From assembly GCF_009914755.1 (NCBI RefSeq), contig NC_060930.1: a stretch of DNA of 64,000 bases; one strand, 5' to 3'. The DNA is from the human T2T-CHM13v2.0 reference genome, Homo sapiens. The notes under the pieces were generated by a model. It was not told the DNA's origin. It saw only the letters and a program-made list of their open reading frames with translations, and made no database searches. Shown piece by piece: positions 52,150-64,000 of the stretch; position 1 is the first letter of the stretch; every line of letters starts with the position of its first letter. A program made the translations under genes and the position numbers.

Positions 52150-52770
52150 AGTTGCTCAGCTGATATCTTCTTTACTCAATGTTTCATATAGTTTCTCAGA
52201 TATTACATGTTGAAATTGAACTCCAACCTTCCCTTCAGATTGTTTTTTCTCGTCTTTTTCATCAAGCCAGAAAGTTCAGAGCCACTTTAATTCTTATTTC
52301 TCCCTAATCACCCCCATCAAATCCACAACCAAGTATGATCACTTCTACCCCCAAAATGTATCTGCAGCCTGTCTGCTGCCCTCTGCCGTCAGCTCGGCTG
52401 CCACCATTGCTTACTGCAATTGCCAAAGTACTCCCCTTTTTCCCCTCCTTTCCTTTTTGCTGCCCTTTTTTTGAGCCATTCTCCGCACAGTTATTTAGGT
52501 ATTTTCTTAAAAGAAACTAGATCATTTTGCTCCCTTGCTCAAAACCCTTATATGATTTCTTTTGGTACTTAAGATAAAATTCAAGATCATTTTCTTGGTT
52601 TACAAAGCCCAGCATATGTTTATCCCTGTCCACCCTGCCAGCTTCACACTTCACTAGTGCTGCTCCCTGCCCAAGAATGCTCCCATCCCAGTCCTTCACT
52701 TGGCTAACTCTATTCATCCTTCAGATGTAAGCTTAAATGCCAGTTTTCAAAGAAGACTTGGCCAAATCGC
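52150..52770. mobile_element. L2 remnant
   Basis: Degenerate L2 3' motifs (agatcattttgctcccttgctcaaaaccctt; cacttggctaactctattcatccttcagat). Confidence 0.6.
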
Positions 52771-54046
52771 TCTTTTCAGACATGTTGCTCCTTCTTGGCT
52801 TGGTCAAGGAAGGCCTTTCTTTAGAGCTGATCCTAAATGACAGAAGGAGCAGCCTGTGAAAAACCTGAGGCTACTGCCTTCCAAACCACGAGACTCAATT
52901 GCTAAAGCTTTTGGAGAAGAGGATCTGTACACAGAACCAAATAATTCAAAGATTTTTTAATCAGACAAGGCATGCGTTGCAGGAAGCGAATCTCTACAAG
53001 TCTAGATGCCGTTGGCTTGGCTTAACAATGGATTCATTAGCGCTCAGTGACTCCAGCACACGTGGTGCCCCATACTTGGTTTCCTTTTGGGCAGGATGCA
53101 CCCTAGAGTACAGAAAGTGTGAATTTCAAGGTCAGTGAAACATGAGCCCAAATATCAGTTCTCTCACTTATTAGCTGTCAAACTTGAACAACATATTTCT
53201 TTGCCTTGAGCCAGTCTCTAACCCGGCAGGCTGTGGTGAAGATTTAATAACATAACATTTATAAGACACTTAGCACAAAGCAAATGCCTAAAATGATTGT
53301 GATCATCATTTGCTTACATTATTTATCCTTAGGATAAAGTTATCAAATTACCAAATTTTAAGACTGCTTTACATATGATAAATGCAAACTTTTGAAAAGA
53401 AACAGTTGAACAGATTGACCAGAATTCCTTGATGCCTTCTTGTGAAGGTAGGAAGAGAAAAATGATTCTATATGTTTGAGGCAAAGGTAAATATTATAGA
53501 GAATATAGTTTCCTTTAGTTTTTATTTGATCTTTTTATTCCCTCTAAGGAGATGGTCTCAAAGAATGTGGAAAACTTCAGAAGCAGAATAAGACACACTT
53601 TCATTGACACATGGAGACCTTTACAGCTTTGTTTACCCAGTGATTTTTTCAAAACCCTAGATAACAAAATATCAAGAGTGGAATTGGGAGGCAGCCTTCC
53701 ATACTGAAAACCTAGAGTAAAATCTTAGGTCAGAGTGATTCACAGACAAATGTTAGTTTGGCCCACAAAGGAAAAGGAGTGTGTTCCTATTTCATTTCTG
53801 TCACCAAATGTTTTACATTTTAATCTTGTCATAGGTTTTGGGTTAAAAACTTGTTACATTCTTAATCATACTAAAATAAATTTTTACGTGCAAGCAGACT
53901 AATTCAGCAGATTTATTTAGCTTTTCCCTGATCTGGACAGAGCAATGGTACATTTTTTACTTCCATAAAGAATTTGTTCAAAGTACCAAATATAAAGATA
54001 ATTGTTTGCTTTTGTTGGTTTATTTTCTGCTTCCCTTTTTTTCTAG

Positions 54047-54127
54047 GATTATGACAGTTTTTTTGAATCCAAGGAAAGCAACACAGTCTTTTCATTTTTA
54101 GGCCTGAAACCACGGTTGGCATCAAAG
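54047..54127 (+). CDS. SH3BGRL2: SH3BGRL2 coding exon 3 (81 nt, phase 0-0): DYDSFFESKESNTVFSFLGLKPRLASK
   Basis: ttcccttttttt-ctag acceptor ending 54046, GTAGGT donor at 54128. Continues YCG-DYDSFFE of the SH3BGR family in frame. Confidence 0.97.
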
Positions 54128-57017
54128 GTAGGTAAATCTTTTCTTATTCTTGTTTTAGAATTCATCTCTTTTGAATTTTTCTTAGAGATGTAGAGTGACG
54201 GTGTTAGAGGAATGCATATATAATTTCTTAGATTTGGGGGTTTTGCTTCCTCTGATGCATAATTAGAGACTACCCAGTGTTAAAACATACAACAGAGGCT
54301 AGTTTTTTGTTTTTCCCCCCAATTCTTCAGTTGTTGCTATAAATTAGAATATTACCTTATTTTTAATTTATACCCCATTCCTCCAAGAATTTAAGGTAGC
54401 AAAAACTAGTAGGTGCTTTCTGTTTAAAATTGCAAATTTTTTTACTTTACATTTTTTGAAATAGCAGACTCAGAGTCATATTTAAAGGTGTTTTAAATTT
54501 ACTTTCATTGGAGAAGAGATGGTCTATAATAATAAATGGTCAACCTTGAAAAAAATCTTCAATTCTTTAATCAAAATATTTTGAAGCCACTTTTTATTAA
54601 GTCATATGTCTTTTAGAAAACATAAAGGAGCCAATATTTTCTCATGTTTAGAACTAGAAATGATGTGTGTTATCACAACTTTATTAAGCTTATAGATTCA
54701 CTTTCAAAAAAGAAAAAACATTTCTTTATTAAGTAAGGTACTATTTTGATATTATTTCTTTTTTTAAAACACACATTTTCTTTCTGATTATGAAAGTAGC
54801 CTAGACTCCTTTTTTTGAATTGGGAAAATATTAAAAAAGGGTAAAACAAAGAACTAAAATCACCACCCAGAGCTAACCACATTGACATTTTTTGTGTTTC
54901 CTTGCAGTCTTTGTATACATAGTAATTGAAGTTTTGAGTGTTTCAAATTGAGACTGAATTCTAATATGTCTATTTTTAACACAACCGAAATAAAAGTACA
55001 TTTCCTAGAACTTTGATGTCTTAAAATAGTAGGTCTTTTGAGGCTACCCAGGATTTGTACCATCTCTGGCATACCTGTAGGAAGAAGGCAGGGACCCTCA
55101 ATAACATAAATTATAGACCAGCATCTGCAGTGCATAGCCAATGTGAAATCGTGCTTTGTTTTTACATCAGTTAGTCCACAGATGGTTGTGGGTGGTTTCC
55201 ATGCACATGTTTTAAGCAGAGGCAAAACCCACGCATGCCGTATTTAAAGGTTCTTAAAACTGCTTTTATAAAGATGGAACATTTGAATACTTGTTAGGAA
55301 AATTAGAGTATTTTTATAACGTATTTCATCCAGAGATATTAAAAGTCCAGATTTATCTTCAAAGAACTGGAAAAAACTAGGATGGAGTAGTCTAATGGAT
55401 ACATAAATCCAGCGGGCATCATTGTCTATGCAAAAACCTTTTAAAAAATACTGCTTGTTCCCATTTTCCCCAAATATGTAAATTCTTTAGAGACTGTGGG
55501 CTGACTTCTTTATTCTTCAAAGAAATGTGTTTTCTCACCAGTTTCTCAGGAAATCTATGGTCTATGAAATATACATTCTCACATGGCTTTTGGCCACAGT
55601 ATTAAAGTTGATCTTGGTGTCACTGAAGTTAACTTGATTTCAGGGGACCATCCTAAAGGTAGTGAGGGCCCTGGACACTGCCCCCATTCAGCCCACCGTT
55701 TTCAGGGACCTAAATCAGTTATACCTGGACAGGAGTATCTGGGACCAGAGCAGATGTCCATAGCACAAGGTCTGTGCCACTCTCCATGAACCATTTAGGG
55801 CTTTAAAAGCTAATAGTAACTCATACTTCATCGTCGTATGAGAGAAGTGAAAATGTCTTCAAGAACAATTTAGCATTTTCTCTCTTCTAATCTTCTATTT
55901 TTTACCTTGGTAGTGATTCATCATACAGTCTATAGTCTAAGGCTTTGACAGAGTGTTCACAGGTTTAATGTACTAAAAGATGAAAGCCCTGTTTTCTCTT
56001 TTCCTTTCCTACTCCCTGTGTAGTATACACACATAAAAAACATGGCAACAAAGCCTATCAGGAAACATAAAGACATCATTAGCACCTATAATTGCTCTTA
56101 CTTGGTAGGAGAGGACATTCATGGGCCCAACAGGCCCAGGTGCAGTGTAGGCTCTGACTGGGCTGCCCTCCATAGTGGGAGGGGCAAAGGTAGGTTAGAG
56201 GTCTCTAGATGGTGGCCTGCAGGCCACATTGGCCCTGGATATGTTGTTTGTCCTGTGAAGAGGTTTTTTAAAGTATGTAAATATTAGATGGTATGGAATC
56301 CCTGGTGGGGGTGGTGGGGGGATCTCAGTTTCCCTTGTAGTTGGCTGGAGCCCACAGTGGCTGGCCCATTGTGATAGCCAACTAATTCTGAGAAAGGGAG
56401 GCCATTTCACCGATACTTTTTAGGTAGAAAACCATCAAAGTTAAAATTTAGTAGACCCCAAGAAGGGCCTGTCATAGAAGATTGTACTTTCAGATCCCTA
56501 GCTTTCAGGGGTAATATCCAAAGTAGGTAACAACCGGTCAACACTGGGTGCTGACTGGCCAGAGCTTGAGCAGGCCACAGAGGCCCCCTGTGCCAGATGT
56601 CAGCTCTTTATCCATTGGCTCAAGGGGGAGGGTGCGCAGGGGTGGCAGTTGGGGGACTGGGGCAGCGACTCTTTACTAACAGATATGGTCGTTCTAGAGT
56701 GGTTCTTCATCTTGGGTTGCTATTAACGGGCATCTCTGCAGGCCCTCTGAGCAAGGTAACCCCCCACCCAGCCATACACAAGTGGAACAGTACCTCTGAG
56801 AGGAATCTCAGTAGGTCATTGAAAACATGCGGCTTTCTTTCCACTTTTATATTTGGCAGGTCGGGTGGGTGTGATTTAAATCTGGGCTCTGATGCTGAAA
56901 CCCAGGATTTTCTCTTATCAATCACATGGAGGTGATCTGTTATGATTTCCAACATCTCTGTTCCTGACATTTAAAAAACCCCTGCCAAGGGTGAATTTTC
57001 TTGTCGATGTAATGCAA

Positions 57018-57022
57018 TAACT

Positions 57023-57058
<36 letters not shown>

Positions 57059-57059
57059 G
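57018..57059 (+). promoter_or_regulatory. Branch point, T30 polypyrimidine tract and 3' splice site of the last intron
   Basis: taaCTGAC followed by 30 T (57026-57055) and ATAG. Confidence 0.85.
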
Positions 57060-57071
57060 GCAGAACCTTAG
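57060..57071 (+). CDS. SH3BGRL2: SH3BGRL2 last exon, coding part: AEP-stop (GCA GAA CCT TAG)
   Basis: Branch-point-like CTGAC (57021-57025), T30 tract, ATAG acceptor ending 57059. Completes the recalled C-terminus ...LASKAEP. Confidence 0.93.
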   Translation, partial: AEP

Positions 57072-59811
57072 AGAAGAAGAGTGGAAGATGACGGAGATGC
57101 ATTTTGAAGCACCCCTGGTACTCAGCACACACATGCTTACCTAATGCATCACTGTGACAAAAGCCACACGCATTATCAGTAACTTTGCTTGCCACGGAAA
57201 AGGTGTTTTTGAAAGATGTGGCTATAATGAGAATTGCATGATTGCTTTAAACCAAATCAGGTGGTGGATTTTTTTTTTCTTATTCTATTTGCCTGCAGTT
57301 GCCTCACTCACCTGGAAATACCGTCACCTGTTACAGGTGTACTTTCTTAATGACTGAAAGATAAGTGGGTAGCACCGTCAGAGAGAAAATGTTGGATCTG
57401 CCCTAGGTTATAGTAGATGCCGGAATTGCGTAAACCCACTTCTCTTTAAGCTGCCTGGATTGCACCTTTGAAATATGTCTGCCAAGTTGTTAGAATCTTT
57501 GAATCAGAAGGAAAAAAAGCAGCGCTGGTTGACAAAGGGTGTTGAAGATTTTTGCTGCAGAATCAGTTACAAACATCACAGTTCCCATGCTTTGTAATAA
57601 CACCTGGTGAAAAAGTTAGATATTCTAGACTTGTTTTAGTAATGGAAACTCTTACCTCCACATATTATCCTACAGATGTTTCCAGAAATCCCTGTTGTAA
57701 CATCAAGTGATCAGAACTAAGTTACTGGGATGACAATAATTGCTATTTGAAATATATGCTTCTTTATTTCTTGCAAGGGGCAAGTTTCACCCAAATGCCT
57801 GAGACTGCTTGAAAGATATATTTTAAGTGGTGCACTAATTAGTGAATATATAGGAAAATTATCTGACGAGTATCTGAAGGCATTTTCAGCTCTAGCAATT
57901 TATTTATAATATATAAGTTCATATATTTTTTAATCCAGCTCCCCTAACAGACAGCTGCTGCTTCTATTTTGTGAAGGGACTATATTTTTTGAGAAAGGAA
58001 AATCTCAGTTAGATATATTTTGTGAACCCTTGATTAGACATATTAAAATATACCAATGTTGTAGTAAAATTTAATTTTTCCTTTTGTTACTTTTCATTTG
58101 CCTCTAATTTTGCTTGCTCATATTTCTGGCCAATGTACAGCCTCATATTTTTCAGAGTAATACAGATACTTGTTCTCATTCCGTATATGAGCACAAGTAA
58201 GGTTTCAGAGCAACACACATGAGAAAGAGAGTAACCCGGAATTGTACTTGTCAAGCAAAATCTATACTCCTATTGGAGTGGATGCTGATGAACATCGAAC
58301 ATATCTACTTCATTAGAGCAGAGGCTATTTTTCTGCATTCTTGTCCCTATAACAGGGATGCTTAATTTTTTTTTTAACTTAGAGTTTTAAATTGCCAAAC
58401 ATGGGAACAGCCTTGAATAGGATAAATTTTCAGAGGGCTGCCTAAAATATTTTATTTCTAGCATCCTGATTCTGGACTTTTCATTATAATTCTGAGCAGG
58501 AAATTTATAAGAAATTGAAAGAGCAGAAGAATTACAGCCCTGTCACATGTGCCCAGCACTCCGCCCCATGCCTTGCTAAATGTAGACTAAAGAACTTGTT
58601 GAATGCTAAGGCTGAAATCCCAACCTGAGATTTGTAGTCCAGGATTACAACCAGAAGGAAAGTATGACAGATTTCTACTTAACTAGAATGGACACATGAT
58701 CCACAATTTTCTCTTCAAGGGAAGCTGTTGTCAAATTATGGATATTACTGGTTAGTTGTCATTAAGTAAGATCCAGGTCAAATTCCATTTGACAAATCCC
58801 AGGGACTATCCAGGAATTTTTTTTTAACTGGATATTGTGTTTGAGTATGTGAGTCTTCTGATAAAACTCAGAATTTCTTTTTAAGCAGTTGTAAAAATTG
58901 TCATGTTGTAATTCATTACTCAGCTAACATTTAGTCTACTCTAGCTAGTGAGTGCCAAGAACCAACTTGGTAAGGTTGAGGCTTTGCAAGTTAACTGCTG
59001 GGGTTATAGGATCAATACCATACTTGCTAGACAAAGCTACCCAGATTTGTCTTATATTATAATTTTTGAGTTAACCGTAGTATACCTATTATGATTATAG
59101 TAAACAGACTAGTGGGTAGTAATGCTAAATTACCATCACAGTTATGTGCCATCTCCCCACCCCATTTTTTTTTTTTTTTTTTGATCAGCAAAGAAATACA
59201 GGAGACCAGTCTCGAGTGGTGCTGTACTTGTTATGAGTGAGGCAGCAGCACAGTGTGTGGCATTTACATGGTACCCAGGCTCCACAGAGTACCAAGATGT
59301 TGCCCTCTGGGACCACACTTAGCTCAGAGAATATGGGGTCCTTACTTGTATTCTTTTATCAGCTGATTTTGAAACATATAATAATGATTTTCTTGTTCCC
59401 TTCTTTAACTAGCTGCCTTTAGATTTTGATAATCACAGTCTTAAAATACTAGGAAAGAAGTGGATGGGAATTGTAGGCATAGATTTCATATCAAGGGCAT
59501 TTCAAGACAGAATTTTTATTTCCTGTAGTAGGCTTGCTGGAGCAAAGGAAATGTGCTGCTAAAAATCAACTTATGCCATTTTAAAATTAGATAAAATATG
59601 GAGTGCCATCCTGCTAGGTGAGTACAGACCAGAAGAAAATTTAGTTGGGAAAATACTTGTTTTTCCAAATTCCGGTGTTTTATTACAATCAAAGAAGAGG
59701 AAAGCAAGGTATTTTTTCACCTCAGATTCTAATATATTCTAGATTTGTTTCTGTTTTATAGATTTAATTCAATACCTCCACATAGATGTTTTTATATTAC
59801 ATGAATTTAAT

Positions 59812-59817
59812 AATAAA
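59812..59817 (+). terminator. Candidate proximal poly(A) signal AATAAA
   Basis: AATAAA with U-rich and GU-rich sequence downstream (59824-59885). Confidence 0.5.
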
Positions 59818-60899
59818 CTAAACTTTTTTTTGTCTCCCGTTATTGAAAAGTACCAAAGCTTCTTTCTGTTGTGTTTGATTTTACTATAGGGGTTTTGCTT
59901 TTTCTAGAGATACTTTTCATTTAACAGCTTTTGTTAAGTGTCAGGCTGCACTTTGCTCCATATAATTATTGTTTTCAGATTTCAACTTGTATGTGTTTGT
60001 CTCTTAAAGCATTGGTGAAATCACATATTTTATATTCAGCATAAAGGAGAATAAATTCCAGAAAACACATATTCTGAAAATGGAGTGTTTGTTCCCTGCC
60101 ATTTTTCACACCTCTCTTAATTTTAGTTCTGTTTAGTTGAGAGGCTGTGATTTTACTCTTGCCTGTGAACCTCATGCATGAAAGCAGCACATTAAATTGT
60201 AAAAATACAAACAGATCGTGTGATCATTCAAGGAGCCAGACATGAGGTCCTGCACGAGGGTGTTGGGAGGACACCACAGATTCATCTCAGACAGTGATCA
60301 GGACTGAGGATGGAGTTAAATCACTCAGCCCCTGGGTGGGGTGGGGTGGTTCAAATGGATGACTGATCTCCTGAGTACACTGAAGCCACAGGCTGGTGGC
60401 CATGTTCTCTGAATTGGGTGCAGAAGACAAGGGCAGAGTGGCTGCGGCCCCTATTACCTTTGTAGCAGCCACATCAGAAAGCAGAAGAAAACAGTATTTC
60501 TGAAGGCATTGTTTGAGGTTGATCTCAGCACTGAACGATTTCAAGCCCTACGCACCAGAACAGAAGGAGGGTGGAGGAAGTGATCAGAGGGAACGAGCTG
60601 TAGGTTTGCAGAAATGTGTGAAACCAAAATGATCACTGCCTACTTGTGATTCAAATCTTCAGAGTTTTCCTAGTTCTTCTAGAAATACATGTCAGGTTTG
60701 TTTGTTCATCCTTTCTGTCAGCATGGATCAAGCCCCTAAAATGTGGTAAGTGTTGTCAGAGCAGGGCAGTATCTCTACTCTCAAGTATGAGGGGAATAGA
60801 AACAAAGCAGCAGTTTTAGCCAGGGTTCAATGATAGAGTGGAGGTAAATTAAGAGCCTCCAGGCTGTGATTCACCATTTGAGACATTATACATAATTTG

Positions 60900-61790
60900 T
60901 TTTTGTTATAAGCCATTTGAATTTTTAAAAAATTTCATACATGCAATGGAATATAGATATGTATATACACATATAATATATATGCTAAAGTATAAAGAGT
61001 AATAATAATGACAATAAACAAACCCCTGTGTGCCTACCACCCACCTTATTGCCTTTCCTTTGAGGTACCGTGTGCGGTTTCCTGAACCTATCTCTATCCC
61101 TGTCTGATAGAGGGAACCCCTGTACTGAACTTTGTGTTGACCATAGCCTTCTTGTCTTTCATCACTTTATCTCCATGTATGTATCCTTAAAGAATAATAA
61201 ATGGAATTAAACTGAATGTATTCTTCTGTCACCTCCTTTTTATGTTCATTGCCATCGGAGTTTTTTCACTGCTAAATATTATTCCATTATGAATATATCA
61301 CATGTTCTCTTCTCCAGCTGGTGCTTATTGAACTGCATCTTTGTTTGAAATAGAAAAAGGTAATGTTGCTCTGAATATTCTTTTATGTGACTTCTGGTGT
61401 ACATACTGAAGAATGGATGTATACCTTGAATAGAATTGCTGGTTTATACAATAAAAGCACATCATCAGTTTTAATAGATAAGGCCAAATTGCTTTCCAGA
61501 GTACTAATTTATGCTCCCCACCAGTATACTAGAATTTGCAGGACTCTAAATCTTTGCCAATGTTTGAGATTGTCAGAGTTGCATTTTTGCCAAGCTGGGG
61601 AGTATAAAATGTTACCTCATTGTGGTTTCATTTTGTAAATTTTTGATTATTAGTAAGTTGAACATGTTTTATTATGGGAATTCTTGTTTCTTTTTCTTGG
61701 CAATCCCTCTTCATGTCTTTTGCCTTTCTTCCTATTGAGTTGTGTTTTAATGATTAATTTTTAAAGTTTCTTTATATTTAATATTTAATT
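60900..61790 (-). mobile_element. Ancient L1 (L1ME-like) 3' fragment
   Basis: Degenerate antisense L1 motifs: tattattccattatgaatatatcaca, gccaaattgctttccaga, ctcattgtggtttcatttt. Confidence 0.7.
61196..61211 (+). terminator. Candidate distal poly(A) signals AATAAA and ATTAAA
   Basis: AATAAA 61196-61201 and ATTAAA 61206-61211, upstream TGTA motifs, downstream U-rich tract. Confidence 0.6.
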
Positions 61791-62683
61791 GGTCGACATT
61801 TATTTAATCATTAAAGTGAAGAGAAACCAGATTTAGAGTAGAAAACTTTTCTGAGGCCATTTCCAGAAATATGCTAAGCATGGGAATCTTTATTCTATTT
61901 GGAGAAAATAAAGTTAAATACATATATATATTTTTTTCTTGTGTGCTATTTTTTACCTTGTCAGCATATCAGCCAACAGTTGACTTCGGGAGCTCCTCTG
62001 GGCTCTAGAAGGGTGTCTTCTTTGACTCCATTTTAAAGCTCATCAATTGAAGTTATTTAGTAATAAATTAATTTTATTAATGTTATAATCTAGTTTTCTG
62101 CTACAGAATTTCACCAACAAGAAACCTTTATATAGACTGGATGTTTATATATGCACATCTTCTTAGTATGTCACCATATAATGGGCCTAGGGCAATAGGC
62201 CAAAATGATGTTACACGTAAATGCACATTAAAAAATTACTTCTTTAAGTAATAGGAGATTGTATTGAACCCATACCCAATTAAATAATCCTTAAGCTGAG
62301 TGAGGTAGATCAGCATCATGCTGAATATGACCCAGTGTATTGTGGTGGCAGCATGTTCCTATGTGTAAGCCAACTGGCAGGTAGAAGAACAAGAAACTAG
62401 AATGCAGTTGTATCTTCTGGGCCCCTGGTAACTGAGGGCATGACATTTTTGATAGACTGAGGACCCTGGTATTTGAAAGCATATTAACTGAAAACTTGGT
62501 GTACAATGAATAGGACAAAGATTTAGACCTTTTTGTAAAATAGCGCTCCACACTGTTGTAATATACATCATTTTTGGCCCTATAATAATAAAATTCATTA
62601 TAACGAAACTTTCCACTAAAAAAGCTCTAGGACAAGAATCTATCATACTAATGTTATAGAAACGAAAGCTCTGTAGTTTAGAA

Positions 62684-62981
62684 CAGTGCTATCCAGTGTG
62701 GTACCAACAAACCCTATATAGCTGTTGAGCACTTGAATTGTGCCTAGTTGACTTTGTGATGTGAATGTAAATATATTCCAGATTTTGAAGACTTAGTGTG
62801 AAAGGAAGAATGTAAAATATCTCATTAATAATTTTTATATTGGTTATATATTGAAATAATATTTTAGATATATTGGGTTAAATTAAGTATTAAAATTTAT
62901 TTTTCCTTTTTGTTAAGGTGGCCACTAGAAAATTTAAAATTACATATATGGCTTGTATTATGTTTCCACTGGACAATACTG
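62684..62981. mobile_element. MER33-like hAT-Charlie fossil
   Basis: TIRs cagtgctatcca...tggacaatactg; internal gattttgaagacttagt...aatgtaaaatatctcattaataatttttatattg. Confidence 0.8.
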
Positions 62982-63364
62982 TTCTGTACAAACCTCTTTA
63001 CCTGAATTTACAATAGAGAAATTAATACCTTTAAAAGGCTTTTTGGGTTTTGGCAAAATGTCACCTTCTTTCCTTTGTAATACTGAAAGGAAATGTGAAT
63101 ATCTTCAGGAACATAATTTTCTAATACTGCTGCCAAGATAAATATTTTTCTCATTTTGCTTTTTTGTTCCTCTAGGTTGAAGCACTTTTTGTAGTGAAAG
63201 AGAAGGTTATTTTTTTTTCCTGGAAAAACAGAATAATGTTTGTATGTTCTCATAATATGTGACATCTCTTCGTGTGCCCAGTCTGTTGTTACTGAATCAT
63301 CGTATAAACTCAGTCTCCTGTTGAATTGGTTTCTGTGAACTAATTCATAGTGGCATGTTTGTAT

Positions 63365-63785
63365 TTTTAAAAATAAATTTTATTGTGTATATTTAAGGCA
63401 TACCACATGATGTTATAAGAAACATATTTGTAGTAAAATGGTTACTATCGTGGAACAAATTAATATATCAATCATCTCACATAGTTACCCATTTTCGCTC
63501 CTTGTGGCAAGAGCAGGTATAATCTACGCTTTTAGCAAAAATCCTGAATAGAATATGCTATTAACTACAGGCCTAATACTGTGCCTTTGGATCTTTAGGC
63601 TTGTTTATCCTACATATTTGCTACTTTATATCCTCTGACCTACATTTTTCCACCTTGCCCCCCAACCCAGACTTAGTAACCACTGCTTTATTCTCTCTAT
63701 ATTTGACCTTTTTTTTTTTTCCAGTTTATCCATGTTGTGGCAACATGATCTCCTTTTTTAAGGCTGAGTACTATTCCTGTCTCTC
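63365..63785 (-). mobile_element. L1MA-like 3' end fragment
   Basis: aattttattgtgtatatttaagg...atcatctcacatagttacc typical of L1MA 3' ends. Confidence 0.75.
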
Positions 63786-64000
63786 TCTGTGTGTGTATAC
63801 ACACCAACACTATAGCTTATCAATACTAATGCAACTGCAATGTCTCTGTGTCCAGTTTCTTGTTACTCTGTCATCTTATAAAGTTGATGTTTCCTGTTGA
63901 ATTGGTCTATATCTCTGAATTAAATCATGGTGGCATTTGTATATTTTTTTCCTTTTTTTAAAAATGGGAACTTAATGAACCACATGGATACCATCTACAA

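Larger units (their letters stand above)
57072..61220 (+). other. SH3BGRL2: SH3BGRL2 3' UTR (about 4.1 kb; end approximate)
   Basis: Repeat-poor, U-rich sequence after the stop codon. AATAAA at 59812, 60050, 61013 and 61196, ATTAAA at 61206. The end is inferred from the distal signals and the recalled mRNA size. Confidence 0.65.

Noticed and set aside
56200-56600. CTCF-like motifs (tctctagatggtgg near 56202; ggccccctgtgcc near 56582)
   Set aside because: Only partial matches to the core consensus; not supportable without PWM scoring or ChIP data.
57069-57107. Stop-codon readthrough extension (RRRVEDDGDAF)
   Set aside because: TAG-A is not a leaky context like TGA-CTAG, and nothing else supports it.

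Overview
Primate (almost certainly human) genomic DNA, AT-rich and repeat-dense; not a prokaryotic or accessory region. It holds the 3' part of SH3BGRL2 on the + strand. More than 31 kb of intron 1 is followed by three coding exons read directly between canonical AG/GT sites (31164-31349, 54047-54127, 57060-57071 including the stop) and a ~4.1 kb 3' UTR with several poly(A) signals. Exon 1 and the promoter lie upstream of the window. The rest is interspersed repeats: a full-length decayed L1PA (15682-21849, minus), a 5'-truncated L1PA (48879-51319), nested older L1s, about 12 Alu/FLAM copies (many with visible TSDs), MST, MER57-like and MLT1 LTRs, hAT and Tigger DNA-transposon fossils, MIR/L2 and microsatellites. 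Nearly all ORF-track entries are repeat-derived or spurious. I do not see a convincing new biological system. The best unexplained structures are a ~205-bp inverted duplication of apparently non-repeat DNA in intron 2, an L1 antisense-promoter/ORF0 region aimed at exon 2 with a possible in-frame ATG, a +4 alternative acceptor giving a different C-terminus, and several local template-switch or duplication scars. Repeat subfamily names come from recalled consensus sequences, not a database search.
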